Positions 9,121 through 17,939 of a DNA stretch of 54,030 nucleotides are shown here, piece by piece. Source of the DNA: Escherichia phage BSBP01; the sequence record PQ231202.1; one strand, given 5' to 3'. Below the pieces are notes generated by a model that had not been told where the DNA came from, made no database searches, and was given only the letters and a program-made list of their open reading frames with translations. The position numbers and the translations under genes were made by a program. Position 1 is the first letter of the stretch. Each line of letters begins with the position of its first letter.

Positions 9121-9437
9121 TTCTTAACTTTCTCCCATTTAGATAGGCCACCTTCGAGGTTGAAGATGCGGTTACAACCAGACTCATCTTTAATGACAAA
9201 TTGAGTTCCGGTCAATTGAATTGGCTCAAGTGCACCAAACAGCACTTTAGGTTTTGATAGGCTGGTGGCAAGAACAACATAAACTTTGCTTGGGCAAATA
9301 TCAAAAGCAAAGTCACGAGTGTAAACCAAATCACCAACTTTCAAATATGCTGGCAACATGCGACCTGTGGCTGGGTCACGCTGTAAACGAGTACGCTGTT
9401 TCATAAATGCTCCAAGTTGATTAATAATATTCAGCAA
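9117..9437 (-). CDS. Hypothetical protein
   Basis: 106-aa ORF. Confidence 0.45.
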   Translation of the reverse strand: MLNIINQLGAFMKQRTRLQRDPATGRMLPAYLKVGDLVYTRDFAFDICPSKVYVVLATSLSKPKVLFGALEPIQLTGTQFVIKDESGCNRIFNLEGGLSKWEKVKK

Positions 9438-9466
9438 CCACTCTCGCTACAAAGTGGTTGAGGAAA

Positions 9467-9697
9467 TTATTTGACTTCTTCCCAAGACCAGATTCCACCC
9501 TCCAAAGGAACACTTTCTCCTTCTTCAAAGTACGAATAACCATTGGCGTCTTTACGGTCGCTGTCTTTTGAAATACTTATGCGAGGCTCGATTCCATAAC
9601 CTCGCTTCACATGCATAACCCTTCCCTCAATCACATCACCAACCTTTGGTGAGTTTGCTCCATAAGAGGTTGATTTTACACATTTAAACTTTGTCAT
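9467..9697 (-). CDS. Hypothetical protein, paralogue of 9694..9921
   Basis: Shares N-terminal KFKCV-ST and a W-W motif with the adjacent ORF. Confidence 0.45.
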   Translation of the reverse strand: MTKFKCVKSTSYGANSPKVGDVIEGRVMHVKRGYGIEPRISISKDSDRKDANGYSYFEEGESVPLEGGIWSWEEVK

Positions 9698-9921
9698 TGT
9701 AATGCGCCTTGTTCACAAATGTCTGCAAATTCTGCACGATGGTCACGCTGCCATGTCCAGAATGCACCATTCATAGGAACGACAGCACCTTTACGGAATG
9801 CTGGAGAAATGCTTTCAGCAGATTTGGTTACTTTAAATTCCAAAGGCGAAATAGCTTCACCTTCAATGATTAAGCCAACTGGAACGTAGTCTTTGGTTGA
9901 AGCAACACATTTAAATTTCAT
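9694..9921 (-). CDS. Hypothetical protein, paralogue of 9467..9697
   Basis: Tandem duplicate, see above. Confidence 0.45.
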   Translation of the reverse strand: MKFKCVASTKDYVPVGLIIEGEAISPLEFKVTKSAESISPAFRKGAVVPMNGAFWTWQRDHRAEFADICEQGALQ

Positions 9922-9923
9922 GA

Positions 9924-10127
9924 TTAACCTTTTGGTGGAATATTTCCACTATTGTCTATTAACTTTCCACGATAAATATTAAACCCACAAGCAACACAGA
10001 ATGCATTATCCAAAACTACAGGACCATACATTCCAACTGCTTCATGTGCAACATGGTCTACATCAATGCTATTGCAGCGAGGACATATTACTACATCCTC
10101 TTCGTCAAAGTTCATGATATAAAACAC
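9924..10127 (-). CDS. Small zinc-ribbon protein
   Basis: CPRC...CVAC cysteine pairs. Confidence 0.45.
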   Translation of the reverse strand: MFYIMNFDEEDVVICPRCNSIDVDHVAHEAVGMYGPVVLDNAFCVACGFNIYRGKLIDNSGNIPPKG

Positions 10128-10410
10128 CTAATTCTGATTCAAGTTTAAATTCACGAAAGAAATCCAATGTTACAAATCGGATTTTACCTTCATCATCAAC
10201 TACGTTACAAGACATTTCGGAATGGACCATACGGCCCATCTTCAAGGCGACTTCTGAAAGGTTTGCTTCACCAGTTCCAGATATAACACGGTAAATCTTA
10301 TACGGCTCGAAACCTGCCAAAGAGTTATTACGGCGTGGTACGAGCATCATGCCAGTTTTAGTAGCCATAATAACTCCGATATTAAAAGTACATGAATGCT
10401 CCAACAACAA
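10105..10410 (-). CDS. Hypothetical protein
   Basis: 101-aa ORF. Confidence 0.45.
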   Translation of the reverse strand: MLLEHSCTFNIGVIMATKTGMMLVPRRNNSLAGFEPYKIYRVISGTGEANLSEVALKMGRMVHSEMSCNVVDDEGKIRFVTLDFFREFKLESELGVLYHEL

Positions 10411-10465
10411 GGAACACGAGTGGGAACATCAGAATACAGAATACAAGTTTCTTTACAATATCCAT

Positions 10466-10684
10466 TTATTTCACCAGGAAGTAGAGAACAATCAGGAATC
10501 CAACACATGCAATAATGGTTGGCATATACTTATCACGAGCACGAGGAACATATTGTTGCTGTTTAGTCTTGCCTTCCAAATGATTCATTAATTCAGTATG
10601 ATTCATTTGTTGCAGAAATGTGTTGAATTGCTGGTCGTTCATTATTTGTTCCTTAGCTTTACATTCTTCCCAACAAGTACACAA
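10466..10684 (-). CDS. Small tail-anchored membrane protein
   Basis: C-terminal TM segment IIACVGFLIVLYFLV. Confidence 0.35.
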   Translation of the reverse strand: MCTCWEECKAKEQIMNDQQFNTFLQQMNHTELMNHLEGKTKQQQYVPRARDKYMPTIIACVGFLIVLYFLVK

Positions 10685-10981
10685 TCTTTAAGCCATCGTG
10701 TTTTTAGATTTGCTGGGAACCAGGATTTAAATTCTTCGGAGTAAACCCTTGTGAAATGGAATTCGGGTGTGGTTAGTATGAGCATCCCACCACCAGTTCT
10801 TAGTAGCAGATTCTCGTAACTCACTTAATACTCCAATTCCCAAATACCAGGTTAACTATTTTAGCCACTTTACGTGCTGGCATACGAGGATTTGCAGCTC
10901 TCGCTAATTTCTTAGCCTTACGCTTTGAAGCACCGTACATAGCCATGTAGGTAACCGTTTTGGTCATATATTTGAGCTTCT

Positions 10982-11164
10982 TCATTTTCCACTCCGAGCA
11001 GCATCAAGCTGTTCTTCAAGAAGATTGATGTGTTGGCCTAAGAACAAGGCCATTTCACGAGAAATTACAACAGATTCGATTTTCGGATTTTCTGCCACTT
11101 GCTTAACACCTTGCAGGAAACTCCAAAGACTCACTTCTTCATTTTCGAACATGGTTAACCTCAA
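10982..11164 (-). CDS. Hypothetical protein
   Basis: 60-aa ORF. Confidence 0.35.
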   Translation of the reverse strand: MRLTMFENEEVSLWSFLQGVKQVAENPKIESVVISREMALFLGQHINLLEEQLDAARSGK

Positions 11165-11394
11165 TAGAAGTTTGCTGCCAGATTTTCCAACACTTTGACA
11201 GTCAAAACATCATCGTTAAGTTGTTGGAAAGTGATATCAATCCCAACTTCATCTTTAATACGAACAACAAGCTCACTTAAAATAGTGTCAGCCCAACCAC
11301 AATAGTTGACAATAATTCTCTCTTGAAGGAATTCTACTTTCTCTTCGTAAGAGGCCAACTCGATTAAGTCAGCCTTTAATTTAAACTGTGTCAT
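11161..11394 (-). CDS. Hypothetical protein
   Basis: 77-aa ORF. Confidence 0.4.
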   Translation of the reverse strand: MTQFKLKADLIELASYEEKVEFLQERIIVNYCGWADTILSELVVRIKDEVGIDITFQQLNDDVLTVKVLENLAANFY

Positions 11395-11579
11395 CTTGCC
11401 TCCAGAATTTGATTTAATCCACTGAACACGATTTCTTCATGTTCGTCAGTTGTACATGCATTGATGTAATCAAAGTCATAACCAACAAACTTCTCCGCCC
11501 ACTCCTGTAAACGAAGTAAAGAATTGAAGTACAACCTTTGCTCTACACCATTTAATTTGAAGAAGACGATGAAGTCCAT
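11391..11579 (-). CDS. Hypothetical protein
   Basis: ORF 11391..11663 trimmed to the internal Met to avoid overlap. Confidence 0.35.
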   Translation of the reverse strand: MDFIVFFKLNGVEQRLYFNSLLRLQEWAEKFVGYDFDYINACTTDEHEEIVFSGLNQILEAR

Positions 11580-11581
11580 GA

Positions 11582-11824
11582 TTAGCCTCTTACTTTCAGG
11601 AAGTCTGGATGTGCGGCAGTTGCCACAACTTTGTGATGTTTGTCGTTCTGGATTGCTTGCCAAACATATTCAGGATATGCGGCATTCTTCCACACCAGTT
11701 TGTTTTCGTAAATTGATGTGCCACACATTAGGTCTGCCAACATTATTGCTCTGGTCCTAGTATTAACCAAAGCATGAGAAACAACGCCATCACGATTAAT
11801 GTATTGATAGAGTGCATAATTCAT
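11582..11824 (-). CDS. Hypothetical protein
   Basis: 80-aa ORF. Confidence 0.4.
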   Translation of the reverse strand: MNYALYQYINRDGVVSHALVNTRTRAIMLADLMCGTSIYENKLVWKNAAYPEYVWQAIQNDKHHKVVATAAHPDFLKVRG

Positions 11825-11826
11825 AA

Positions 11827-12033
11827 CTAAACTCCGTATCTCTTGTATTTGTCGCCTTTGGAGACTTCCAAATATTCCTCAAATGTGAAAGTCCTCTCCT
11901 TGCTGTTTAATCTTGCCAACGACAAGTCTGCAACAAATTCGGCATTAAAACCTTTGTTAGAGGTCTTTCTCATGTGTGCCCCACCTCGTGTAAAGAATGT
12001 TGCACCTTCTGGTAAATCTTCGAAATTAGTCAT
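11827..12033 (-). CDS. Hypothetical protein
   Basis: 68-aa ORF, first gene after the repeat-rich non-coding region. Confidence 0.4.
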   Translation of the reverse strand: MTNFEDLPEGATFFTRGGAHMRKTSNKGFNAEFVADLSLARLNSKERTFTFEEYLEVSKGDKYKRYGV

Positions 12034-12323
12034 TTTATTCTCCTAAGTTAAAAGAAAACTCCCTACAGAACGATTGTGGAGGTCTTGTCTTACCTCAGTC
12101 CACCTTAAAGTTGTAGGGAGTTATATAGTATTCCTGTGTGTGCCGCCATCAGGGACTTCCTAGTCTGGTGGGCGCGTCGCAATCCAGCAATATACCACAC
12201 GTTTTTCACAGGCTATATATGTGACACACAAAGTGTCTAAAAACTACAATGATTAGCTTGGAGACATAATCTCTCTAAAATCTGTCACACAATTTCAGCA
12301 GAATTTACAGAGATTTGGTCTTA

Positions 12324-12340
12324 TTCACATGCAACTAATG
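12324..12340 (-). promoter_or_regulatory. Copy 5 of conserved promoter-like motif (variant)
   Basis: ttcacatgcaactaatg. Confidence 0.25.
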
Positions 12341-13238
12341 ATAAATGGACATGCTTAATTGCAACTAACTCATCTGCCAAATAGACGAATTTTGTCACAA
12401 TTAAACATGCGTCATTAATTACAGGTTTACTCCCATCTTGGAATGTATTTGGCACATTAAGATTGGAGCAAGTAGGTACGGAAAACCGACCATGTACAGC
12501 ATAATAAAACAAATTAAATAAAGGGTTTTATCCCAATATTGTCACAATATTACATGCGATGATAAAGCCTTCGCTTGGCTGGAAGCCAGTATTCATGCGG
12601 GTTGCAAGAATATTGGGTCAATACTGATACAGCTATTACATGCGAAATTGGCACAAATACTGTTACAAAATTAACATGCCAGATTGGTAGACGATTGTAT
12701 CTTCGAGGTGATTAGTCCTCTAACAATTCTGCCACATTCCAACATGCCAATTTGTAGCAATATTTACATGCCATACTGCGACGCAATTGTCACAATATTT
12801 GTTGCTCAAAATCGGGGCGGCTTCTGCGTGTAAACGAGAGGCTTTGCTCCGACTCTTCTCTTCTTTCGAATTCTGATTGAAAGAAAGAAGCATGTCCAAA
12901 AGTTCCAGTCTTGTAAAAGTTATCTCCCGGCTTGTGGGTGGGCCTTGATAATAGGAGTAACAGGTTGTCCGCTATTTTGTGCACTGAGCTAGGATTGAAT
13001 CCAGATTGCACTTTACTAGGTGGCGAACCAAGATTGAAACTAATAGACATGCTATAGGTGAAGTACAAGTTTCGAAGTATATAATCCTACTCTTTGCCAT
13101 GGTTGCTGGAACTATGGGTAGCTAATCCAGGGAGTTCGACAATTGCCACATTGCCACAACACTTTGACTCAAGCTGTCATGCTGAATGTTTCTAGAATGA
13201 TTCAACATTACATGCGGAATATTTATCCGTATTCTTTT

Positions 13239-13258
13239 ACTTCACATCCAACTAATGT
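13239..13258 (-). promoter_or_regulatory. Copy 6 of conserved promoter-like motif
   Basis: cttcacatccaactaatgtc, just downstream of the RNAP gene. Confidence 0.3.
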
Positions 13259-13361
13259 CGAATATTGAAACAATATTACATGCAGCAATATTGCTTGAAT
13301 ATTGGGATTTAGTTGTTGATGCACAAGAATAGGGCCAGTGTTTCCACCAGCCCCGTTTCTC

Positions 13362-15302
13362 TTATTGACAGAAGTAGTAAGCGTGTTCGCTCATCAGAAG
13401 CTCTTCGGTTACGATGTTCTCATGATACATCTGAATGCCACCGAGTTGCTTAGACAGATTCTCGAATTGATTGTTGGTTACGAAGATTTCAACATATGCT
13501 GCACGAATAACTTCCATCATACGTGGAGCATCTGCCAAACAGCAACGGAAACAATCGTGGATTGAAGTGAAACCACGAAGACCAGCTTCTTTAGCTTTAA
13601 CAGCAACAGTACGAGCAACCAATGCGTCGATACCTTGAATATAGTTGACTACGAAAGTACGCTTGAATTCCTCTTTAGTAGGATTGGATTCACGAATGGT
13701 CCAAGGTTTCTCTTCCTGAATCTGGCCAAAGATAACACGAGTTTGAGAGTCAACACGAATGCTGAATGCATCACAGATTTCACGAGATGGGAAGCAAGGC
13801 TTCATTACAACCTGACCATCAGTGTGCTTATAGGTGATGTATTCCTTGTTAAGCTCAACACAACGTTGATATGCAGCATCAGCAGCTTTCTCAATGAACA
13901 TGTTAATCTTAGCACCCAATGCGTTATGGATTGCTTCCACACACAGTTCAGCAAATGCCTCAGCCTTCTCAACTGGAATCTGAAGAGATGCAGTCATGTA
14001 AGAGATAAAGTCAGAAGAACCAGTTAAAGCAGCTTTACCACCACCATACTGAATAGCCATGTATGGAGTTTTGATAAACTTACGACCAGCTTTCGGATTC
14101 AAGAACTCTTCCATGATTTCAACAGAAGGTTTCATTGAAGACTTATCCAGCAGCTTCAACAGTTCACGAAGACTCAACTGGTATGGGTCAGATGCTTTAG
14201 TCTCAGAATCAACCAGACCTGTTGCACGAGCCATTTCCATGTTACCAGCAATGAATGCCAGATACTGAGTACCAGAACATTTAGCATCTAAGCCAAAGCC
14301 TACACGAGAATCGCATTCACCTGTAGTCTCAAACTTGAACCAATCCAGAGCCAGACGAACATAAGTGAATGGCTTAGAAGGACGTTCAGCTTTAGGCATG
14401 TTCATCATGCGAGCAAGTGAACCAGCTGGATTCTGAGCAACATAAGTTAAACGTTTAGCAGAGCACCAGTCTCCACCAGAAATGTCTTCCAGCTCAGCCA
14501 TGAACATGTTGTATGCAATGGTAGTAGAACCATCTTCGTTAAACTTCTTAACGATGTTCTCAACATTGTGAGAATACAAGCAACGAGCAAAGTCAGAGGA
14601 TTGTGGGTTAGGACCAGCACATGCTACATGATACAGGCGACCACGGTTATCAGCAAAGTAGTCAGAATAGAGTGTATCCTGAGTCATCATTGCTACAGCA
14701 TTGTTCCAAACATGGAGTTCAGTCTGGATTGCTTCTGGCATCTGCAAGCCACCATAAGTACGTTGTTCAAGCATGGACTGGATGATGCGAACCATCTCAG
14801 TCTCCACATGGTACTCAGTATCTTGCAGGAATTCGATTGCAGCTTTCAGAGTTTTGGATGGCTTAACTTTGCCACCTTTAACGAAAGGCTTGCGACGAGA
14901 TTCAGATGTAACACGCTCAGTGAATGGCACTGCTGTGTCTTTGGTTGTAACCAGTTCAACCCATGTGTCAGTTTGTTGGAATGACTTGTCTTCGTTCATG
15001 GTGATGAAGCCGAAGTGCTTAGCCAGACCAATGAGGTTGATAGCTGGGTCAACATAGTGCATTGCTTTCAAATCGTTGTTGTAGCGATTGGCATCAGCAA
15101 TAGAAGCAGAAGCCAGCTCAACCATCGCAATGGCAGGAACAACATCATCACGTGTGAAAGACGTCATCATCTTGAATATGGCTAAGGCAGCAATAGCACA
15201 AGTCTGAGGCTGCATATAGTTCTGCTTCTCTTTGGCACGGTATACCAGAGCAGTGATAGCAGGAACAACAGATTTGATAGTTTGAGTGGTGATAGTAGTC
15301 AT
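13362..15302 (-). CDS. Single-subunit T7-like DNA-dependent RNA polymerase, N-terminally minimal (646 aa)
   Basis: Motif A LDAKCSGTQY, motif B RKFIKTPYMAIQYGGG, motif C TSIHDCF and a VNYIQGID segment align to T7 RNAP catalytic motifs. Confidence 0.8.
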   Translation of the reverse strand: MTTITTQTIKSVVPAITALVYRAKEKQNYMQPQTCAIAALAIFKMMTSFTRDDVVPAIAMVELASASIADANRYNNDLKAMHYVDPAINLIGLAKHFGFITMNEDKSFQQTDTWVELVTTKDTAVPFTERVTSESRRKPFVKGGKVKPSKTLKAAIEFLQDTEYHVETEMVRIIQSMLEQRTYGGLQMPEAIQTELHVWNNAVAMMTQDTLYSDYFADNRGRLYHVACAGPNPQSSDFARCLYSHNVENIVKKFNEDGSTTIAYNMFMAELEDISGGDWCSAKRLTYVAQNPAGSLARMMNMPKAERPSKPFTYVRLALDWFKFETTGECDSRVGFGLDAKCSGTQYLAFIAGNMEMARATGLVDSETKASDPYQLSLRELLKLLDKSSMKPSVEIMEEFLNPKAGRKFIKTPYMAIQYGGGKAALTGSSDFISYMTASLQIPVEKAEAFAELCVEAIHNALGAKINMFIEKAADAAYQRCVELNKEYITYKHTDGQVVMKPCFPSREICDAFSIRVDSQTRVIFGQIQEEKPWTIRESNPTKEEFKRTFVVNYIQGIDALVARTVAVKAKEAGLRGFTSIHDCFRCCLADAPRMMEVIRAAYVEIFVTNNQFENLSKQLGGIQMYHENIVTEELLMSEHAYYFCQ

Positions 15303-15368
15303 TTGTAAGTCTCCAAGATTGTGTATGATTTAACTGAAACGGATTATAATAGCGTAGCCATTACACAA

Positions 15369-15384
15369 TTCACTTCCAACTAAT
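15369..15384 (-). promoter_or_regulatory. Copy 7 of conserved promoter-like motif, about 70 nt upstream of the RNAP gene
   Basis: ttcacttccaactaat. Confidence 0.3.
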
Positions 15385-15550
15385 ATCACAAACCTGTGCC
15401 ATTGTTACAACAGCACGGAGACTTTGACCTTGACCCATAAGCGAAGCGCCTAACTTGGTGTTGTTTGAAAGCCGATAGGCTGTAGGAAAAAGTTGGAGTA
15501 GGGACCGTATTTAAGTCCGATAGGACGTTGGGCTTCCCCTCCCCGCTGGC

Positions 15551-15815
15551 CCAAAAATAAAATTATAATATTGCCACAATTCTAGTCTCGTTAATATCGT
15601 AACAATTCGAGTATCGTAGCTTTGTTACGAATTCTAGTCTCATTAATTCTGTAGCAATATTGAAAATAAAAAAAAAATTATAAAAAAAATTATTTAATAG
15701 TCGGTTTTCCATTCGAACAAATTTCGGCGAGATACAGTTGACCGACCATGTACCATTTGGTTTTAACTTTACGCATTCCTAATATTACTCTTAATATTGT
15801 AGCAATATTGGGAAT
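15551..15815. repeat. AT-rich non-coding region with direct and inverted repeats and poly-A runs
   Basis: aattctagtctc at 15578 and 15630; inverted repeat cgtaacaa/ttgttacg at 15598-15629; TGTAGCAATATT copies also seen in the 12.3-13.3 kb region. Confidence 0.45.
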
Positions 15816-15925
15816 AAATAAATATTTAATTTACTTGTCTTATTCTAGCTCAAAGAGAAACGACGCTAACGCATCGAATCTCTTCTCGCATATAACTGAC
15901 AAACGTCAGCCTTCACCGTATCCAA

Positions 15926-17026
15926 TCATAGTTCAAATCCGCCTAGAGCATTGGTGTCAACTTCGGAGTCAATCTGCCCAACAAGGTACGAACTAATCTC
16001 CGTTTCTTGTGGAGCTACTTGTACAGCATCCGAATTCAACCATGCGTTAATCCAAGGAATCGGGTTAGTAGCACCTTTGAATGGAGCATCCAATCCAACT
16101 GCTTGCATACGAATATTCGTGATATATTCCACATATCCGCACAGAATTTGCTTGTTTAAGCCAATCATTGAGCCATCTTTGAACAAATAATCAGCCCAAT
16201 CTTTCTCTTGTTGGGCCACATTTTCGAACATTATTTGGCATTCTTGACGGCATTCTTTAGCAATTTCAGCCATTTCTGGGTCATCAACACCACTTGCAAG
16301 AAGGTTCAGCATGTGCTGAGTTCCGGTCAAATGGAGTGCTTCATCACGAGCAATTAAGCGAATAATCTTGGCATTTCCTTCCATTAACTTGCGTTCAGCG
16401 AAGGCAAATGAGCAAGCAAAGCTAACATAGAAGCGGATTGCTTCCAGTGCATTAATGGACATGAGGCATAAATACAGCTTCTTCTTAAGCTCACGAAGAG
16501 AAACTTTATCTTCATGCAGATGCCACATGGAAGTCAGATGTTGAAGCTCGTCATAATATTGGGAGATACCAATTGCACGCATTTTAATGTGCTCATTCTC
16601 CACAATTTCATCGAAAATTACGCTTGGGTCTGTAACAATGTTACGGATAATATGCGTGTAAGAACGAGAGTGAATTGTCTCTGAGAATGACCAAGTTTCA
16701 ATCCAAGTTTCCAGCTCAGGAATGCTCACAATTGGAAGCAAAACTGTAGTTGGTCCACGTCCCTGAATGGAATCAAGCAGGATTTGGTATCGTAAATTGC
16801 TAGTGAAGATGTGCTTCTCGCATTCAGGCAGACCAGCATAGTCAATTCTGTCCTGGCTAACATCAACCTCCTCAGGTCGCCAAAAGAAAGATAACTGCTT
16901 CTCGATTAACTTCTCGAAGATGCTGTACTTCTGTTGGTCATATCGAGCAACATTAACGTTCTGGCCAAAGAACATTGGCTCTAGTAGTTGGTTATTCTTG
17001 GTTTGTGAAAAGGTAGTGTAAGCCAT
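15926..17026 (-). CDS. nrdB: Class Ia ribonucleotide reductase small subunit
   Basis: Very close to enterobacterial NrdB along its length ([37 protein letters not shown]..); no nrdA found in the window. Confidence 0.9.
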   Translation of the reverse strand: MAYTTFSQTKNNQLLEPMFFGQNVNVARYDQQKYSIFEKLIEKQLSFFWRPEEVDVSQDRIDYAGLPECEKHIFTSNLRYQILLDSIQGRGPTTVLLPIVSIPELETWIETWSFSETIHSRSYTHIIRNIVTDPSVIFDEIVENEHIKMRAIGISQYYDELQHLTSMWHLHEDKVSLRELKKKLYLCLMSINALEAIRFYVSFACSFAFAERKLMEGNAKIIRLIARDEALHLTGTQHMLNLLASGVDDPEMAEIAKECRQECQIMFENVAQQEKDWADYLFKDGSMIGLNKQILCGYVEYITNIRMQAVGLDAPFKGATNPIPWINAWLNSDAVQVAPQETEISSYLVGQIDSEVDTNALGGFEL

Positions 17027-17580
17027 TACAGATTTCCTAGATACTCATAGAATTTATGGCCACCATAACGTCCCAAACCTTTAACATTCTTGAAGTTGCA
17101 CTTCTCCGATGCTGTACAAAAGTGGGTTGCTTTGGTGACAGAGGGTTGATTAAATAGTACAAAAGATATTGCAACATTAATAGTGTCCAGAACTTGTTGT
17201 TGTTCTGTGGCATAATTAATCTTTGCTACATGCTTCCATTGAGCATTCTTCTTCTTTGCTTCTCGTGTCCATGCAAATTGGTTGCGTTGATAGACAACAT
17301 CACAAACGGTGTTAGCGAATGGCTTCCCGAACTCAGTTCTATTACGGACGACATTAGCTACCAGAATCTTTCCATGTTTGTCTTCTCCGCGAGCTTCATA
17401 CCAGATAACTTTAGTGTAGCATTCTAGCTCTTTGCGTTGTGAAGAAGATAGTTTCAGACTTCCATTTAAATAAGAGTGACTTGCAAAATCTGTAATAGCA
17501 GAATTCACTGCCCCAACCGAAGCTGGGGCGTTGATGTGAACTAAAGCTGTCAGAAGTGCAAGGACTTTGAATGATAACAT
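17026..17580 (-). CDS. Secreted SleB/CwlJ-type cell-wall hydrolase, probable endolysin
   Basis: N-terminal signal-like segment; [17 protein letters not shown] motif of the Hydrolase_2 family; immediately downstream of the holin. Confidence 0.7.
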   Translation of the reverse strand: MLSFKVLALLTALVHINAPASVGAVNSAITDFASHSYLNGSLKLSSSQRKELECYTKVIWYEARGEDKHGKILVANVVRNRTEFGKPFANTVCDVVYQRNQFAWTREAKKKNAQWKHVAKINYATEQQQVLDTINVAISFVLFNQPSVTKATHFCTASEKCNFKNVKGLGRYGGHKFYEYLGNL

Positions 17581-17597
17581 TCGAGTTCCTTACCATT

Positions 17598-17939
17598 TCA
17601 TCGTGCCTTCTTGAACCACGTCAAAGGATTAAGTTGTTTGATTGCGCCAGAGAAACTTTCCCTGACAGTTGTGATAATGAGGTTGGCACCAATGACACCA
17701 ATCACAATAGCTAACACCAACTGCATAGTGACGTTAGTTGTGAAAGTTTCAAATGTACCTGCGACCTGAAATGCAAACAGCCCGATTAAGCTACATAGCG
17801 TCGCATCCAGCAACGCTTTGCTTAAGCCCTCACTCTCATATGCACCACGGATTAAAGCCGTCAGGCCAGCCAACAGTCCATGCCAAACGCCGTATTGGTG
17901 CATTGCTTCCCAAATCATCTGGAAAGTTTGTCTATCCAT
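17598..17939 (-). CDS. Putative holin
   Basis: 113 aa, three predicted TM segments, basic C-terminus, directly upstream of the hydrolase. Confidence 0.55.
   Translation of the reverse strand: MDRQTFQMIWEAMHQYGVWHGLLAGLTALIRGAYESEGLSKALLDATLCSLIGLFAFQVAGTFETFTTNVTMQLVLAIVIGVIGANLIITTVRESFSGAIKQLNPLTWFKKAR

Larger units (their letters stand above)
12324..13310. repeat. Repeat-rich non-coding region (ten same-orientation ACATGC copies, AATATTG copies, TGTAGCAATATT copies)
   Basis: About 1.3 kb with no convincing ORF; ACATGC at 12327, 12348, 12405, 12552, 12637, 12674, 12742, 12766, 13210, 13278. Confidence 0.5.

Noticed and set aside
11161-11394. Acyl carrier protein-like small ORF
   Set aside because: Helical acidic pattern is reminiscent of ACP but the phosphopantetheine-attachment Ser in a DSL-type motif is absent.
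12321-13068. Small minus-strand ORFs (12321..12512 and 12790..13068) inside the repeat-rich region
   Set aside because: They sit on top of the ACATGC and promoter-like repeats, have poor start context and odd composition; more likely non-coding.
12300-13340. Possible CRISPR array because of many short repeats
   Set aside because: Repeats are 6-12 bp, irregularly spaced and not separated by uniform spacers; no cas genes present.
13362-15302. The 646-aa ORF next to nrdB as the ribonucleotide reductase large subunit NrdA
   Set aside because: Its conserved motifs (D-x-K-CSG-Q, K-x6-YGGG, IHDCF) match T7-type RNA polymerase, and it is too short and lacks the NrdA catalytic-site pattern.
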